Shown here in pieces: positions 1 to 13,779 of a stretch of DNA of 64,000 bases. The position numbers and the translations under genes were made by a program. How positions within the stretch are numbered: the stretch's first letter is position 1; each line of letters begins with the position of its first letter. The notes under the pieces are model-generated. The model did not search any database. It was not told the origin of the DNA and was given only the letters and a program-made list of their open reading frames with translations. Origin of the DNA: Chrysomallon squamiferum (lineage: Eukaryota > Animalia > Mollusca); NCBI GenBank assembly GCA_012295275.1, contig CM022665.1, positions 22,878,001 through 22,942,000 of the forward strand, given 5' to 3'.

Positions 1-2789
1 GACGAGTTACAATGTCATATTTGTATAAGTGAATGTGTCTGTATATGTATTTTGTCTGTGTGTTTGTGATATGTATGTAGGTATTTTTGTGGGTGTGTTT
101 TTGTACATATGCAGGTATGTGTGTATATATTTATATTTATGCTTATATAATGGTTTATGATATATCTTTGCTGTATATACTTTTAATTTTACGTTCGTCC
201 GAAAGTGCATGTATCATTATAATACAAATAAAATTTGGCACTCTATTATTATAAACAAATAATTATTCTCAATTTATATCTGTATATATAATTTTATTTT
301 TTTATTTTTTTTTTTTTTTTAATTTAATCTGTAAAACAGCAGGCTAAAATTGGTTTTCTTTGAAACCTGTATTCATTTCCTCTAAATTCGTCTCCCCAGC
401 CACTGTTCGTGTTCTGTGGCGGTTTAAATCAGAATCTCACAGGCAACCAATGATTATAGTGTCGGCTTGGCCCACAGACAACAACTTTCCAAACGCGTGC
501 TCATCATTCGATTCAGCCCGCGGTAGTCTGCATCTCTCTGTACAATTTCCATCTGATTGTTTGTAACGTGAGAACAAGATTAACATGCAAATCCACTAAA
601 TGCGTTCCTCGCAAAGTTATCAACTTGTACGAGATGCCAGAAGCGACATAGATCAGATCAGCAGCGCCCAAGATCTGATCGTTGTTAGAAAATGCAGACA
701 GATGTTAGGACCAACGGACATGCTATGCGTGCTTTGTAATTAGCCGTGACAGGTTATCTTCAATAAGGAAACTAAAGTCAGTTCGGAAGAATTTAAACGT
801 TTGTCATCGGTTTATTTGTGTAGAGAAGATGAAAGATAGGGTAGTGAAGTGATTTTGAGAATTTGAAACGGATGAAAGAGAACCACCAGCCAGCTCTGAA
901 TAAATGATGTCAGATTAAACGTTCACCTCTTCAGTGGGCTGTTATTTTTGAAAATAGAATAGGATAGAGAACAAATAACATTATTATGTATTATCTGTAA
1001 AACATTTATTTTACATCACATTTCTTTTTATTGTAAAATATCGGAAACTATAACTACATCTAAGGTAACAAAGACAACTGTATTGACAAAGATCGATGAA
1101 TAATAAGAATAATAATATTCGTGCAATATTTGTTTTCCTCTCATCGCAAGTATTTTTCAGCGATTTAATATTGCTAACCTTGGCTTAGAATAAAATTTCC
1201 TTCTGTTTAAAACAACGCTTTGTCGAACTGTCCATTAGATTATTACACTGGAATTACTTTGATTTTGAATTTTTTTTATTTCAAAAAAGACGTTCTAATA
1301 TCCTAATGGTATTCTAAATAGTTTATACTATTTCCCTCTTTTTTTTTTTTTTTTTTTTAATTATTATTATTCACCCTTCTTCAAACTCGGCTTAAATAAC
1401 GGTTGGCAAATCTGTTCGAAACATGTTTTACACAACTGCTGAAAGGCTGTAAGGATTAGATTTTAAGATACCATAAATCTCCCAAGACACGGAGTTTTAT
1501 CCGATTGAGTCACATGATGTCTACGTGGTTTCTTTCGCGCGGCCACAAGACGGTGATTGCGACTAATCAGCGACTCTTCAAACACACTTCGCATCTTGTT
1601 CCAAAGAGCAATGCAATCCCAGGACGGTTTATTGATGGACCAGCGCTGGGAACAACAACACTCTAGATATCGATGAGATGATAGCATTAATACCCGCCCT
1701 GATTGCTGCCAGTAACATCCGCCACCATTTGAGCTTTACATAAATGTATGTCAAGCAGCTATTTGATTTTGTGATCTCTGAAATGTCTCCCGAGAGATTC
1801 CCATTAATGCTACAGCAACTGTTACATTTGCACCATGACTGGACAAATACTTATGCATTTGGCGACGGTTTGAAAAGCCAATTTTCGATCTTTTTTTGCC
1901 ATGGTGTTTCAGTAAACTCATACTGTTACATCAGGAATGAACAAATATTATGCATTTAATGATAGCTGAAAGCAAGAGTCAGTGATTGTGTCGGTGTTAA
2001 AGCAGCTATAGCAAGACTTATTTAATAACTGTTGATGGCAGTCTTGGCTTTTTAATGACAGAATGTATGAGCAGTGTCGGCGAATCGATTTTTACCAGAT
2101 ACTTAATGCATTTTTATTTTGTTTCTTTACTCGTGGCAAAGACCAAATCAAATCTTTTGTTGTTTGCTTTTCTTATAACACATTTCAGATTTTAGTTCAC
2201 CATACAAAGATTGTTGTATTGACAAAGTTTATTTGGTTCCTTGTTGCTAGATACGGCCATTTATGTCTCGTTGTGAACAGTTTGTAGAACAAATTAGAAA
2301 GGACGGCTATGCTTGATAAACTAAATATTGTAGAATCGATATTCCCAACTAGATTACCTGAATATTCAAGTTTGATCAGTTAACGTATTAAACATCAAGT
2401 ATGCTGAAAGGTATTACAACTTTTAGTTATTATATTTCTCAATACTGTAATTGTACAGCTTAAGAAAATATAACTGTATTTTGAGAAAACGCAACAAACT
2501 GATCCATTATTTCATTGTGTCTCACGTTTCATAAATACAAAGGAAGTAAACAGAGTTTAATATGTACGGGTTTTTCCAGGTGCAAAATTAATCACATTTA
2601 ACACCCACATTCGTGTAGGTTATATTATATAAATATTTGACATGTACATTCTTATAAAAAAAAATAAAGAAATGTAGTGAGATAGAATGTATAATGTATC
2701 ACATATCTCAGAAACATTCGAAATTAGAACTTTATTTAACTTAATAAATTTTATATCGCATTAAATATTAAGAAGATTTCAGATAATTA

Positions 2790-2915
2790 GAGGAGAAAGC
2801 AGATCCTGGGTTATTCTTTTTCTGTTAGCAGAAATGTATTTTTTATACCACACCCCCTAGAAAGGAAATCCTTTAACATGGCATTTGTTCAACTTTGGCT
2901 GAGGACTGATAACAC
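2790..2915 (-). mobile_element. Second, more decayed fragment of the same SINE-like family
   Basis: gggttattctttttctgttagcagaaatgtattttttataccacacccc aligns loosely with 4077-4128. Confidence 0.4.
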
Positions 2916-4039
2916 TGCTCTCCATCTCTCCGCTTTAACCAGCAACAAACAGATCATTCCCAGAGATCTCAGAGAATGAAGACAATTATTAGACAATTAG
3001 TATAACGGTATATAAATTTCCGCAATCTCTAACAGCTTATATCTAGCAGTTAAGTTATAGCCTAAGAATGGTAGTTACTGGAATTAACAGCTCCTGTCTG
3101 ACGCTAATTAGAAAGATGTAAACCCATTACAAACTATTTTCTCTTCAATCCTTTAACATTGCCACTATCTGCTGAGCAAACAACTCGGAGTCCTAGACTG
3201 TGTGACAGTAATAAACTCCCTCAAACCTTCTGTAGATGCAATCACGTTTCAAAAGACAATTTTCAACATAAAGAAAATTAATCATCTATTTTGAAGTTAT
3301 CGTCTAGGAATGGTATATACAGATGTGTATCTTTTTCCTATTTTTAAAAAAAATGATTATAATTATTATTTTTTCATGTATATTTTTTCATGTACATAAA
3401 CATATTATGTTTTAAACGAAAGAAAATGGGAAAAAAAGAAAAGAAAGACAGGATGTTGGACGACTAGACGAATGATTTCGATAAGACACGGATAACCTTT
3501 ACTAAATAAATATTTGCTCTCTCTTATAATGTATTTTATCTTGTTCAAGTCGCTGGTCTTTGAGGTGGCAACAAGAGATCGACCAGTTATCGCAGACACA
3601 TCTGAGAATCATATTTATCATTTTACGAGCATGTTCCACAGCATGTTTATCGTCAAAACACTCAACATGTAAAGATTACTATGTGACATAATCTAAACAC
3701 TTAGCTAGCACTCAAGGTTATCTGTGGTGTTCTAGTAATTGAGATGTCTGGCTTTGTTTTCGTTCGGGCAGTATAATTTTAGCTCGCAGACTGAGAATCC
3801 CAGACTGATGTTAGATAGGTCACTCGATCAATTCCGCTCGTAAGAATATTGAATGTTTTACTACTTACAAATTCTCGCTTAATGTCTTTTCGTACATCCA
3901 CTAAATTTATATCAGTGTGTGTCAACTTGGTCCAAGAATAACTGTCAGTGTGAATGTTAAATTAATTTAGTAGTTTAAGATGAGAAATGTTTTGTATAGT
4001 TTAGTGACAATTATAGATAAGATTAGGTTAGAGATTAAA

Positions 4040-4245
4040 AAGGTAAAGTCAAAAGAAGGAGACTGCCACCAAGCAGGGGTTACTCTTTTCCAATTAGTAA
4101 GGGATCTTTTAAAAGCCTTTTCACCACAGGGAAGCTCTTACCTGCGTCCTTTGATGAAACAATCACGAGCATTAGCTTTAGCAGGAAATAGCAAGCTGAG
4201 AAGGATTGATCCGGCGACTAGTCACATGTCGGCCCTTTGCTCTAA
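4040..4245 (-). mobile_element. Degenerate tRNA-derived SINE-like element
   Basis: B-box-like gtcgccggatcaatcc on the minus strand (~4203-4218). The body ggggttactcttttccaattagtaagggatcttt resembles 2807-2860 in this window and, from memory, a common gastropod SINE body; not database-verified. Confidence 0.55.
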
Positions 4246-4246
4246 T

Positions 4247-4862
4247 CTCCTGCCCGTCTGCCTACTATCTCCTGCCCGTCTCCCTACTATCTTCAGCCCG
4301 TCTCCCTACTCTCTTCAGCACGTCTCCCTACTATCTCCTGCCCGTCTCCCTACTATCTTCAGCCCGTCTCCCTACTATCTTCAGCCCGTCTCCCTACTCT
4401 CTTCAGCACGTCTCCCTACTATCTCCTGCCCGTCTCCCTACTATCTTCAGCCCGTCTCCCTACTCTCTTCAGCACGTCTCCCTACTATCTCCTGCCCGTC
4501 TCCCTACTATCTTCAGCCCGTCTCCCTACTATCTTCAGCCCGTCTCCCTACTCTCTTCAGCACGTCTCCCTACTATCTCCTGCCCGTCTCCCTACTATCT
4601 TCAGCCCGTCTCCCTACTCTCTTCAGCACGTCTCCCTACTATCTCCTGCCCGTCTCCCTACTATCTTCAGCCCGTCTCCCTACTCTCTTCAGCCCGTCTC
4701 CCTACTCTCTTCAGCCCGTCTCCCTACTATCTCCTGCCCGTCTCCCTACTATCTTCAGCCCGTCTCCCTACTATCTCCTGCCCGTCTCCCTACTATCTCC
4801 TGCCCGTCTCCCTACTCTCTTCAGCACGTCTCCCTACTATTTACTGCCCAGGTTCCTACTGT
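4247..4862. repeat. 22-bp minisatellite, 27 units plus one degenerate unit
   Basis: Consensus ct(cct/tca)gc(c/a)cgtctccctact(a/c)t in perfect 22-nt register from 4247; explains ORFs 3980-4906 and 4206-5000. Confidence 0.97.
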
Positions 4863-6014
4863 CTGCTGCACCTCTCTGTTATATACTTCCTGTCATCCAA
4901 AGTTGAGAAAAGCCGATCTTCTCAAATCATCAACCTATTTCATTCGGATAAAAAAAGCCTATACAGTGACAGATGTATTGAAATGGGTTTCAATAATTAA
5001 CTAAAAGATAATTTAATGTTGCTAATGAATACTCTTTTAAAATAATATCATTATATCAGAAATTTCATATGTTCGTATCAGCTTTTGAATTAATTTCATA
5101 GAATAAAACTGGACAACATAAAGGAAGTCCTGTTTCAGACTTTGTGAATGTGATTTATGTTCTATATACCATAATGAACGCTGATGTGTTGACCCATTTT
5201 TTTTAGCATGATTTTAAAAGCAAAGGTTAAAATGCTTGTTGTACAAAAATGTGTGTCAGCCACTTTAAAACAAGTGATCTGAATTATATGAATGTGTAGA
5301 AGAGGCCTATTTTATTTATTTATGTTTTTAATTATTATTTTAAACAAAAACCTCTCAAGAACTAGTTCAGATTTATAGTGTCACCTTTATTAAGAAAAAA
5401 AATTTAATTAAAATAAGTTATTTAGATTATAGCAGTATTTAAAGACTGCTTTGCGACTTAACAAAACGGTATCTAGAATTATTATCAATTTAATTTTTCA
5501 AGTATGAAGTTTTTAAAACTTTAAATGAAAAGAAGAAAGCAATATAAAATATTTTAAGAAAAACAATTGACTTTTTTTCCCTGAACCATAATTAAAAACT
5601 GACAAAACTGACTGATGACAGTAAGGCTCATCTTGTGAATAATACAAAAAATCTTGAAAGATTTACTGCCTAACAAACAATCTATTAAAACGGTGTCTCT
5701 TGGATATGGTCTTCCCTATTGATTTCATTTTTTTAAGAAAGACGGAGTAAAAAAGCTATATCATTCTGTCAGAATGTCTCTCTGCAATGTTGCATCTCAT
5801 TGTTAGGATTTCTTTGTCTCACATCAGTTGGTTTTTAGCTTGAAGACTGATTAACTTTTCCACACGATGACAGCACAAAAAAAAGTAATCACATAGTTTT
5901 ACAGGCATATAATTAATTCATTCGCTTGAAACTTTAAACTATTTATTCCTTCTTCATCTTGTTTTTTTCCCATGAAAATAATGACAATGTTTCATCTAAA
6001 AGCACGGACGTGTG

Positions 6015-6260
6015 CAGCAATCTCGCGAAATTACTTTCATAAATCGTCAGCTTTCTCAGACGTCTAAACACAACAAATGATCAGTCGGCCAATGAACGTG
6101 TCCAAAACGCCCCTCAAGTTCTAATATGAAGAGAACCTTTTCCTGCTTTTTTTCACCCTCTTTCTCATACCCCCGGGCGTCGCGAAGCGCCCAATCGGGG
6201 CGTAGAAATGCCTGAAAAATAATGGTCCCATTGTGTTTGCCTGTCCTAGCGCGAGACAAG
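6015..6260 (+). promoter_or_regulatory. Candidate CpG-rich core promoter (possible distal promoter of gene A)
   Basis: Strong local CpG enrichment; CCAAT at 6089 and 6191, GC-box-like ggggcgt at 6197, tctcgcga at 6021; tandem donor-like sites ACG|GTAAGG (6967) and AAG|GTAAAA (6972) downstream. Confidence 0.45.
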
Positions 6261-7800
6261 TAGCATTATCTTTTAATAGAAGCTGAGATCGAACGACGTC
6301 AAATGTAATAAAAAAAAAAAATATTTCAGCACCAAGGCATTTTAGAGCAACGAAGCGTATGACATCTTCCTGACTTTTGGCGTTCCAGAACGATATCTGA
6401 AAAATATCAAATTGAAAGAAAATCTTTCGTAATCGTTCTGGCCTCAGGCTTGAAGGATAAGTTGATAGAGATCTTGCGCTGCAGTCATTATGACATGCAG
6501 GTGGTGTATAGACGGGTCATAACGATACTGTTTTACTTGACAGAGGAATAGCTTACAAGTTTATCTTACAGTCTCACAGGTCTGTTTCCCGTAAAGCTCA
6601 GAAGTAAATCGACTAATGGACTAGACACAAGTGAGACAGCCTACACCTGGAGGCCTTCACTAATCCGCTGAAATAAGATCAACTGGAAACAGGCAGTGAT
6701 TTGAAAACTATTACGTGTTTTCAAATTATTCACTATCCTTGTCGATTTGTGCCGTGGACATACGACCGCACACTGAGTTTTGTGAATTCAAGGTGTAATT
6801 CTGCTTTGATTTATTTATGAGATCAAGTAAAAAAAGAAAACAGAAAAGAAACAGATTTAACTTATGCAGTTCGTTGCATCTAGAAGTAAAAATGTATTAT
6901 ATGGAAACTGCAGTTAGCTTTTATTCTTTGCAAAAGAAGGTTTATTCTTTAGAAGTACTGATTGACGGTAAGGTAAAATGATATATTTAACTATGGAATA
7001 TTTTACTCTTTCTAAAGATGTTTAATTAATTTGTTAATATATAGAATGTAATTATGAACAGTCCAAATTTTATGTTAATTTTATTGCACTATTTTGTCTT
7101 TCTAACTGTAATTCTATTAAAGGAAACCAATGTTTAGTGTAGTCATAAATTTATCATTTACAAAGTATACGGAAGAGTATTTGAGTAGCTGTATTCAAAT
7201 GTGTGTATGTACATATTTACGCGTCAAACGAATGCTCCTTACACATGTGCATTCATATATGTAAATTCGTTTGTTTGTACAGTCTATCATTTCTCTTTTT
7301 AACATTTTAAAACCACAAAACAATATTCAAAACACAATACACTTTGTCCGCATTCTATATTCTCGTATAGCTTATTTAAAAATAGGAAAAATAATTGCGA
7401 AAAAATATAATAAATAAAACAGAAAGAGATTACAAAATAGTATCATGGGAATATTTTCCCGGCCAACTTGTTTTTCTTTATTTATAATTCCTTTTGATTT
7501 GCCGCAAAGTTCATTTGAAAAGAGCTACCTGTACTTAGTCACACTGCGTCTTTCCAGCTGGTATTAATATTTGATACACCACAGCTGTGTGACTGAGTCC
7601 GCAGACCTTATTTTGTTACTGCATTGTTATTTTCTGTACCTTTTCAAATGTAAGGAATACGCCTGAGTGCAGAAAAATAAAAGCACTTTTTCATCCTAAT
7701 GTTATTATCAGTACTTTTGTGTATTACTTCTTTTTCTCTTTGTGTCATTCTTTCACTCTCTTTATATCCTCTTGTTATCTCAGAGTGATTTCTCTGATTG

Positions 7801-7802
<2 letters not shown>

Positions 7803-7877
<75 letters not shown>

Positions 7878-7910
7878 TTCTGTCTGTCTCTCTCTGTCTG
7901 TCTGTCTCGT
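7803..7910. repeat. (CT)n / (CTGT)n microsatellite
   Basis: Direct inspection. Confidence 0.95.
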
Positions 7911-8465
7911 GTTTCATTCTTATATGTAGAAAGTGTTAATTTAAATTAATTAATTCTTGTTTCACGTAAACGTTTTACTGTGTTAACAAATGCATAAAAT
8001 AATCTTTTATTCCAGAGTTATAGTTATATGACATGTTTTTTTTATTCATTAATTCTTCTTTCTTTCTTCATTTATTTTTTTAATTTTTAAATTTTTTTTG
8101 TTTGCAATATAAACCTTTCCGAAATCAATGTGTTCAAACGTAAGTGACCTTTATGGTTGAAAACCAAGTTTCATCACAAAGTGTTGAAATTCATGTACAT
8201 TCATTGCATTTCCTATCCCTTGGGTGCGAACCTTTTACCCTCCATTAAACATGTGACCCAGCATTCTCAGTGAGAGACCAGATCGACGAGCGGAAGACCT
8301 CAGGGAATGGTGACACTATTTGCCAGACATGATTTGCCATGTTTGTCCTGTTATTAACAAACAAATCAGAAAAATTCGTGTTTACTTTGAGTTATTACGA
8401 GTCGGAACGCGACACGTAACTAACGTGGTGCAGGTGTCTGGTTTGTCGAGTTCTGATTTTAGGCG

Positions 8466-8610
8466 CATGTTTCCGTTTGTGGCATCATTTGAATGCTGCT
8501 CTGGTGTATGTTCTAGTGTGTGAAGTGTGTTCCGGTCTGTGACGTTGTTCCAGTCTGTAGGCTATGATGCCGTCGTCGGCGTATGTTCCGGTCTATAGCG
8601 TATGTGGCAT
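8466..8610. repeat. Degenerate ~19-bp tandem repeat
   Basis: Units such as tgttccggtctgtgacgt, tgttccagtctgtaggcta and tgttccggtctatagcgta. Confidence 0.65.
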
Positions 8611-8686
8611 AATTTATCTTCCTTTCTATGACGCGAGTTACAGTGCGTTAAGTATATTGCAGTTTGTTCTAGTCTGTAGCAAATAA

Positions 8687-8692
<6 letters not shown>

Positions 8693-8720
<28 letters not shown>

Positions 8721-8850
8721 TAATAATAATAATGATGATGATGATGATGATGATAATAATAAAAAAAAAAAAAAATAAAAATAAAAATAAAAATAAAAAT
8801 AAAAATAAAAATAAAAATAAAAATAAAAATAAAAATAAAAATAAAATAAA
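8693..8850. repeat. Compound poly-A, (AAT)n, (GAT)n, (TAAAAA)n simple repeat
   Basis: Direct inspection. Confidence 0.95.
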
Positions 8851-10247
8851 TAATTAACCTCACAAAAAACAAGAAGAGGTCATAAAGGATGTTCTTGAAC
8901 CTTATCATGAGAGTACATATACGAAGGCGAAAATATTCAGTTCAGTCTCGGATGTTCAACATCTAATTTAAGAATATTTTTCTTTCTTCAGTTTCCCAAC
9001 GACTGTCATAAAGTAATAATACATTTTCTTTCTTTCACTTTCTCTGTTTCTCTCATCTTTAAACTTCAGTTCCATTTTTAAAAGAAATGTCTGCTTAAAT
9101 TACATGCTACCTCGTAAGTTGGGAAAAGTGGTATGCCAGTACTTGTTTTTGGTTGTGTTGTTATATCTGTATTTAACTGAATAATTTAACTTAAATTATC
9201 ATTATAATACACACAGTTATAAAGTTAATCATATTAACTCGTCAAAAAAAAAATAATAATAATAATAATATCAAAACAATTGATTCCTGTAGAAAAAAGA
9301 TAGTCACAATCGTAACTCATACGTGTTTCTGCAATCTTAAAAATAATAATTATACCAAATGATTTATTTGAATTAAAAACAGAAATTACAATCATAGCTT
9401 TCGAGTAATTCGACCAGACTTCGAATAGTGATATTTGGCACAGCAAAATTTCAAGATATTGATATAGCAAAAACGTAAAATAATTTAAAAAAAACACCCA
9501 ATAAATCAGTTTAGTCTAGAATTAAACGGTTTTTATATACAGCCTTCAATGATAAGACTATATTATACACGTATAAAAAAATATATTTGAAAACAAAATA
9601 AAATAATAATAAATAACTGAAAACAAAAGAAAGAAAAAATCCAATTAAGAATATTAAAAACAAAAGAAGCAAGACAGAACAGAGCAAGAACAAAAAATAA
9701 AAAAGTGATGTCTTTATAATGATTACAGAATGATACTCTAAAACAACATTTGCAAAAATCTTTTGAATCTGGATCATCTGTCGATTTCATACGAATATAA
9801 TAATAATCTGTCAGTTCATCTGAAATAAATCAGCATGTAAGTGACACAGAGTATGGTGAAATTTATTAGCAAAAGAACCAGCGTTAAATCACAGAGATGC
9901 TCCAGAATACTGGCTAATGTGGCAATTAACACTTTAATGAGGACACTGCGAGTTCTTTGACTGGCAGTAATGGACATTAGAATCATGTTCTTATCTCGCT
10001 GTTAGAGGACCAGGGACAAGTGTGTATGTTATAGCGATACGGCGAACACGTGGATTTCATTATTATCTGCTAGAGGTCATATCATTGCAGAATGTCTTGA
10101 AAAAGGATTTAAATTTAATCACGGTTGTGCTAAGTGGTTTGTGATTAATTAAATTAAGCATTTTTATCTTGTTATTCAGAAGTCGATATGTGATTTTGTT
10201 TCACCCAGAAGAATCTAGAATGTAATGTTTGACGTTTTATTTGAATG

Positions 10248-10396
<149 letters not shown>

Positions 10397-11058
10397 TAAG
10401 ATGGCTTTACACTGAATAACTACTATATATTAGCAACATTACGATTTTTATATAAATCATTCTGTATAAATGTATATTCGAAGAGGTAATACATTTGACG
10501 ATCATAATTATAATATTATATAACCCGTTAACTTCATTAAAACTAATACGGCTAAAATTTAATTAACGTCAGATTATTTTTATTGCTTTGTGTTAATTTT
10601 ATTGTCTATTGCAAATCCACAGTTCTTCCCTTTTAACATATCATATGTTTTCTATGGCATTTAGAAATATTTTACTTCTCGTTACGTGAATAATTTATCT
10701 GAAAACGCAGATACTTAATATCACCTGATAAGCTCTAGAACTGAAAACTTCTAAGGTCTTGATAACGTCCTGATTTTTCATGTATGAGTTTTTACTATTC
10801 CAGATAATAAAATATGAGGTTTTTTCTTTGCAGTAAATAATTGTGGAACAAAGCGATATATAGTTCAAGATATGAAACCTTATCATCCTGGTTTTCACCT
10901 ATCTGGCGCCAGCCACGTAGCATAAATATTGTATTTGGTGAAGGAAACAAGATAAAAAATGTTCTTTGATATCATAATGCGTGTTTTGCCGAAATTTTAT
11001 TTTTCAGCTGTTAATAATATTTCAGCGGCAATATCCTTTTCATTGCAATTATAATCTA

Positions 11059-11100
<42 letters not shown>

Positions 11101-11955
11101 GATAATCACTGTAAAGAAAATAAGACTGTTGTTAAGGAATTATTGAGGTTGAATAATCGGATTATAAAATGATAACTAACACGGTTATCTTTTTAATACC
11201 TCATTGAAGCTATCGCGCGATTACCATATTCTGATTCATTCTGTTTGTGTCATAATTGCTGCTTAAATCGTCCCGAGAAAAAAGGATTAAAAAATATGCT
11301 TTGTTCTCTTATCAAATTTCTGCCGTAGCAGACACATTTACGACAATGGCGGCATTAATGTTATTATTTAAAAATGTTTTCTTAAAGAACAATGTTAATT
11401 TTTAATGGGAGAGCAGTCTCTCGCCTTTTGACTCGTGTTCTTCTCACTCTGTCTCTCACATATTTTCGGCTAACTCGCTTTCTCTAATTCCATCTCTACT
11501 TCTCTTTCTCTCTCTTTTTTAAAATTTGTTTCTTTCGGTGGATTTATTAATATTTTACATCAGCGACGGCCAAGATTACGCAAGTGCATCTTTTCTTCAA
11601 AAAATAATGCTGTAATAGAACACGATGTTATTTTGAGAACGCTTTTTCATCAGAACACAAGTCTAGCATATGTGTTATTTACTGGAGTTGTGTAGAATTG
11701 CCCGGCATGAATACAAAACTATTATTAAAAGCTTTTCTCATTATTGTTCAAGTGCTCAGCGTCTGGCGGAGAACCATGCAGTAATTAGCTTCTCTGCGAC
11801 TTTCAAAAGGAAAAGTAATAAAGCAAAGGTAGAAAATGATAAATTAGCTGCATTTTAAATCCGACTTAGAAATACTGGAAGATGAATGCATATAATGCTT
11901 TCTAAAGATGATGTTGTTTTCAAAATACTTGGTAATTATCGGCCTTTTTTCAGCT

Positions 11956-12065
<110 letters not shown>

Positions 12066-13008
12066 TGTTCATCTTTGTCTTGTTATTTTATTATCATCAT
12101 CAGGTATCGAGAAACTTATTTTTAAAATGAACTGATCTAAAGAGCCACTGAAATTATGAATACAGTCTACCGTCGAGCTTCTAAAATAATCATCACTGCA
12201 CCCCAAAAGATTACTGCCAGATAAAGCTGTCATAAATGAAAATGTTACGAACCGACAGACAACAATTTATTCACAGATATGTATCAGTACGTCTTGTAAC
12301 AATTTACTTTTTGACATGGCTTCCTTCCGCTTTCGATTATTCTCATATTATCCTGTAGTATACAATCGTTTAGACGCGATCAGCATTAATGGCTGCCTAA
12401 TGCTCTCACCGTGGTCAACCTCAGCCATAAATTGACCAGTAATTGTGTTCAGACATGTCTTATCTCGGACTTGTTATTGGTCGGATCGGTTGTCCGTATG
12501 ACGCGCGAGACATCAATAAACTGCTGTTGCTTGTCAAGGTAGCATTACATAGGGAAATTAATAGAACTGATGGCGAATTTTATCGCGAAACGGAAGATTT
12601 TTTATTTCCATTGCTGTTGATATAAGGCATCCAGTACTGACAGGATGATTACAAATTGACGATTTCTCGTACAGTTAGATCATGAAATAACCACCAAAAC
12701 ACTTGGGATGTTTTACAAATATGATGCGAATTTATTGTCTGAAGTAGCTTAGGGATAAAATTTCATATTGGTAACCGGAATATAGTTGTTATTAATTTTG
12801 TCTGGATTTGATGCCGATAGTAATAAAAATAAAAAGCCTCATTTCTTTACATTATCAATTTTGTTAGCATTTGTACTTTTGACAAACAAATAGAATATTG
12901 TAAATAATTTACTATATACCATAATGTCACAGTATATTTTTGTTAAAACAAAATTATATATTTCTCTTTTTAATTTATTTTGTGATTCACAATAATTTTA
13001 TTTTTACA

Positions 13009-13039
<31 letters not shown>

Positions 13040-13092
13040 TATACTACTACTACTACTACTAATAATATAATAATAATAATAATAATAAAAAA

Positions 13093-13125
<33 letters not shown>

Positions 13126-13779
13126 AAAAAAGAAGAAAAAAGAAGACAATAACAGCAAAATAAAATAGAATGAAGATGTAATACATAAAATAAAATAAAC
13201 AACAAAACTTTCACCTTACGTCATCATTCATAATAACTCGAAATATTCTTCGAATAAAACCCATCCACAAATATCACTTATTTTCTTTTTATTGCATTAT
13301 ACGAAATTGCATTTCTGTTGCTCTTTTTTGTACATCATTTTAATGCGCAGTTCTGTGGTTTGAAGTGGCAAGCGGCAAAGCTACATTTTCCACGGTCATT
13401 GTTAAGGCTGCAGCAGAAATCGGCAATAAAACGAAGCATGGGCAATTACAAGAGCAATTAACTTAGACATGTTTCTTTAGTAGGGCTTTGGTTATACAAC
13501 GTTTTATCGACAGAACAACTTGAAGTATGGAGTGTTTGGTTTGCTGAATTGTGGTGTATGTTCTTGACGAATCGGTATGTATAGCAATACGATTTTCTCA
13601 ACAGCCATTAACTTCTCATTTACTTCTCAAAAGACTCCGTTGTGGTATGTCTGCAAGCGTTTTATTTGTGTTAATCACCGGTTTCACTTAACGTGCAGTT
13701 CACACCCAAGTTCTGAGTTTGTTGTCGTCATTACGGTCTTGTCTCTTGTCAACACATCTAAGACTTTTCGTGTTTCTCA

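Noticed and set aside
651-680. 9-bp inverted repeat gatcagatc...gatctgatc
   Set aside because: Too short for a pre-miRNA or MITE; expected by chance at this window size.
4247-4862. CRISPR-like regular array
   Set aside because: Contiguous tandem units with no unique spacers, no cas genes, eukaryotic context.
3980-5000. Long ORFs of 308 and 264 aa
   Set aside because: By-products of the stop-free 22-bp minisatellite; two overlapping frames give the same periodic peptide.
6325-6337. RE1/NRSE-like TTCAGCACCnnGG (other half-sites near 41753 and 49643)
   Set aside because: Only half-sites; the right half (ACAGCGCC) is missing and the relevance of REST in this organism is unknown.
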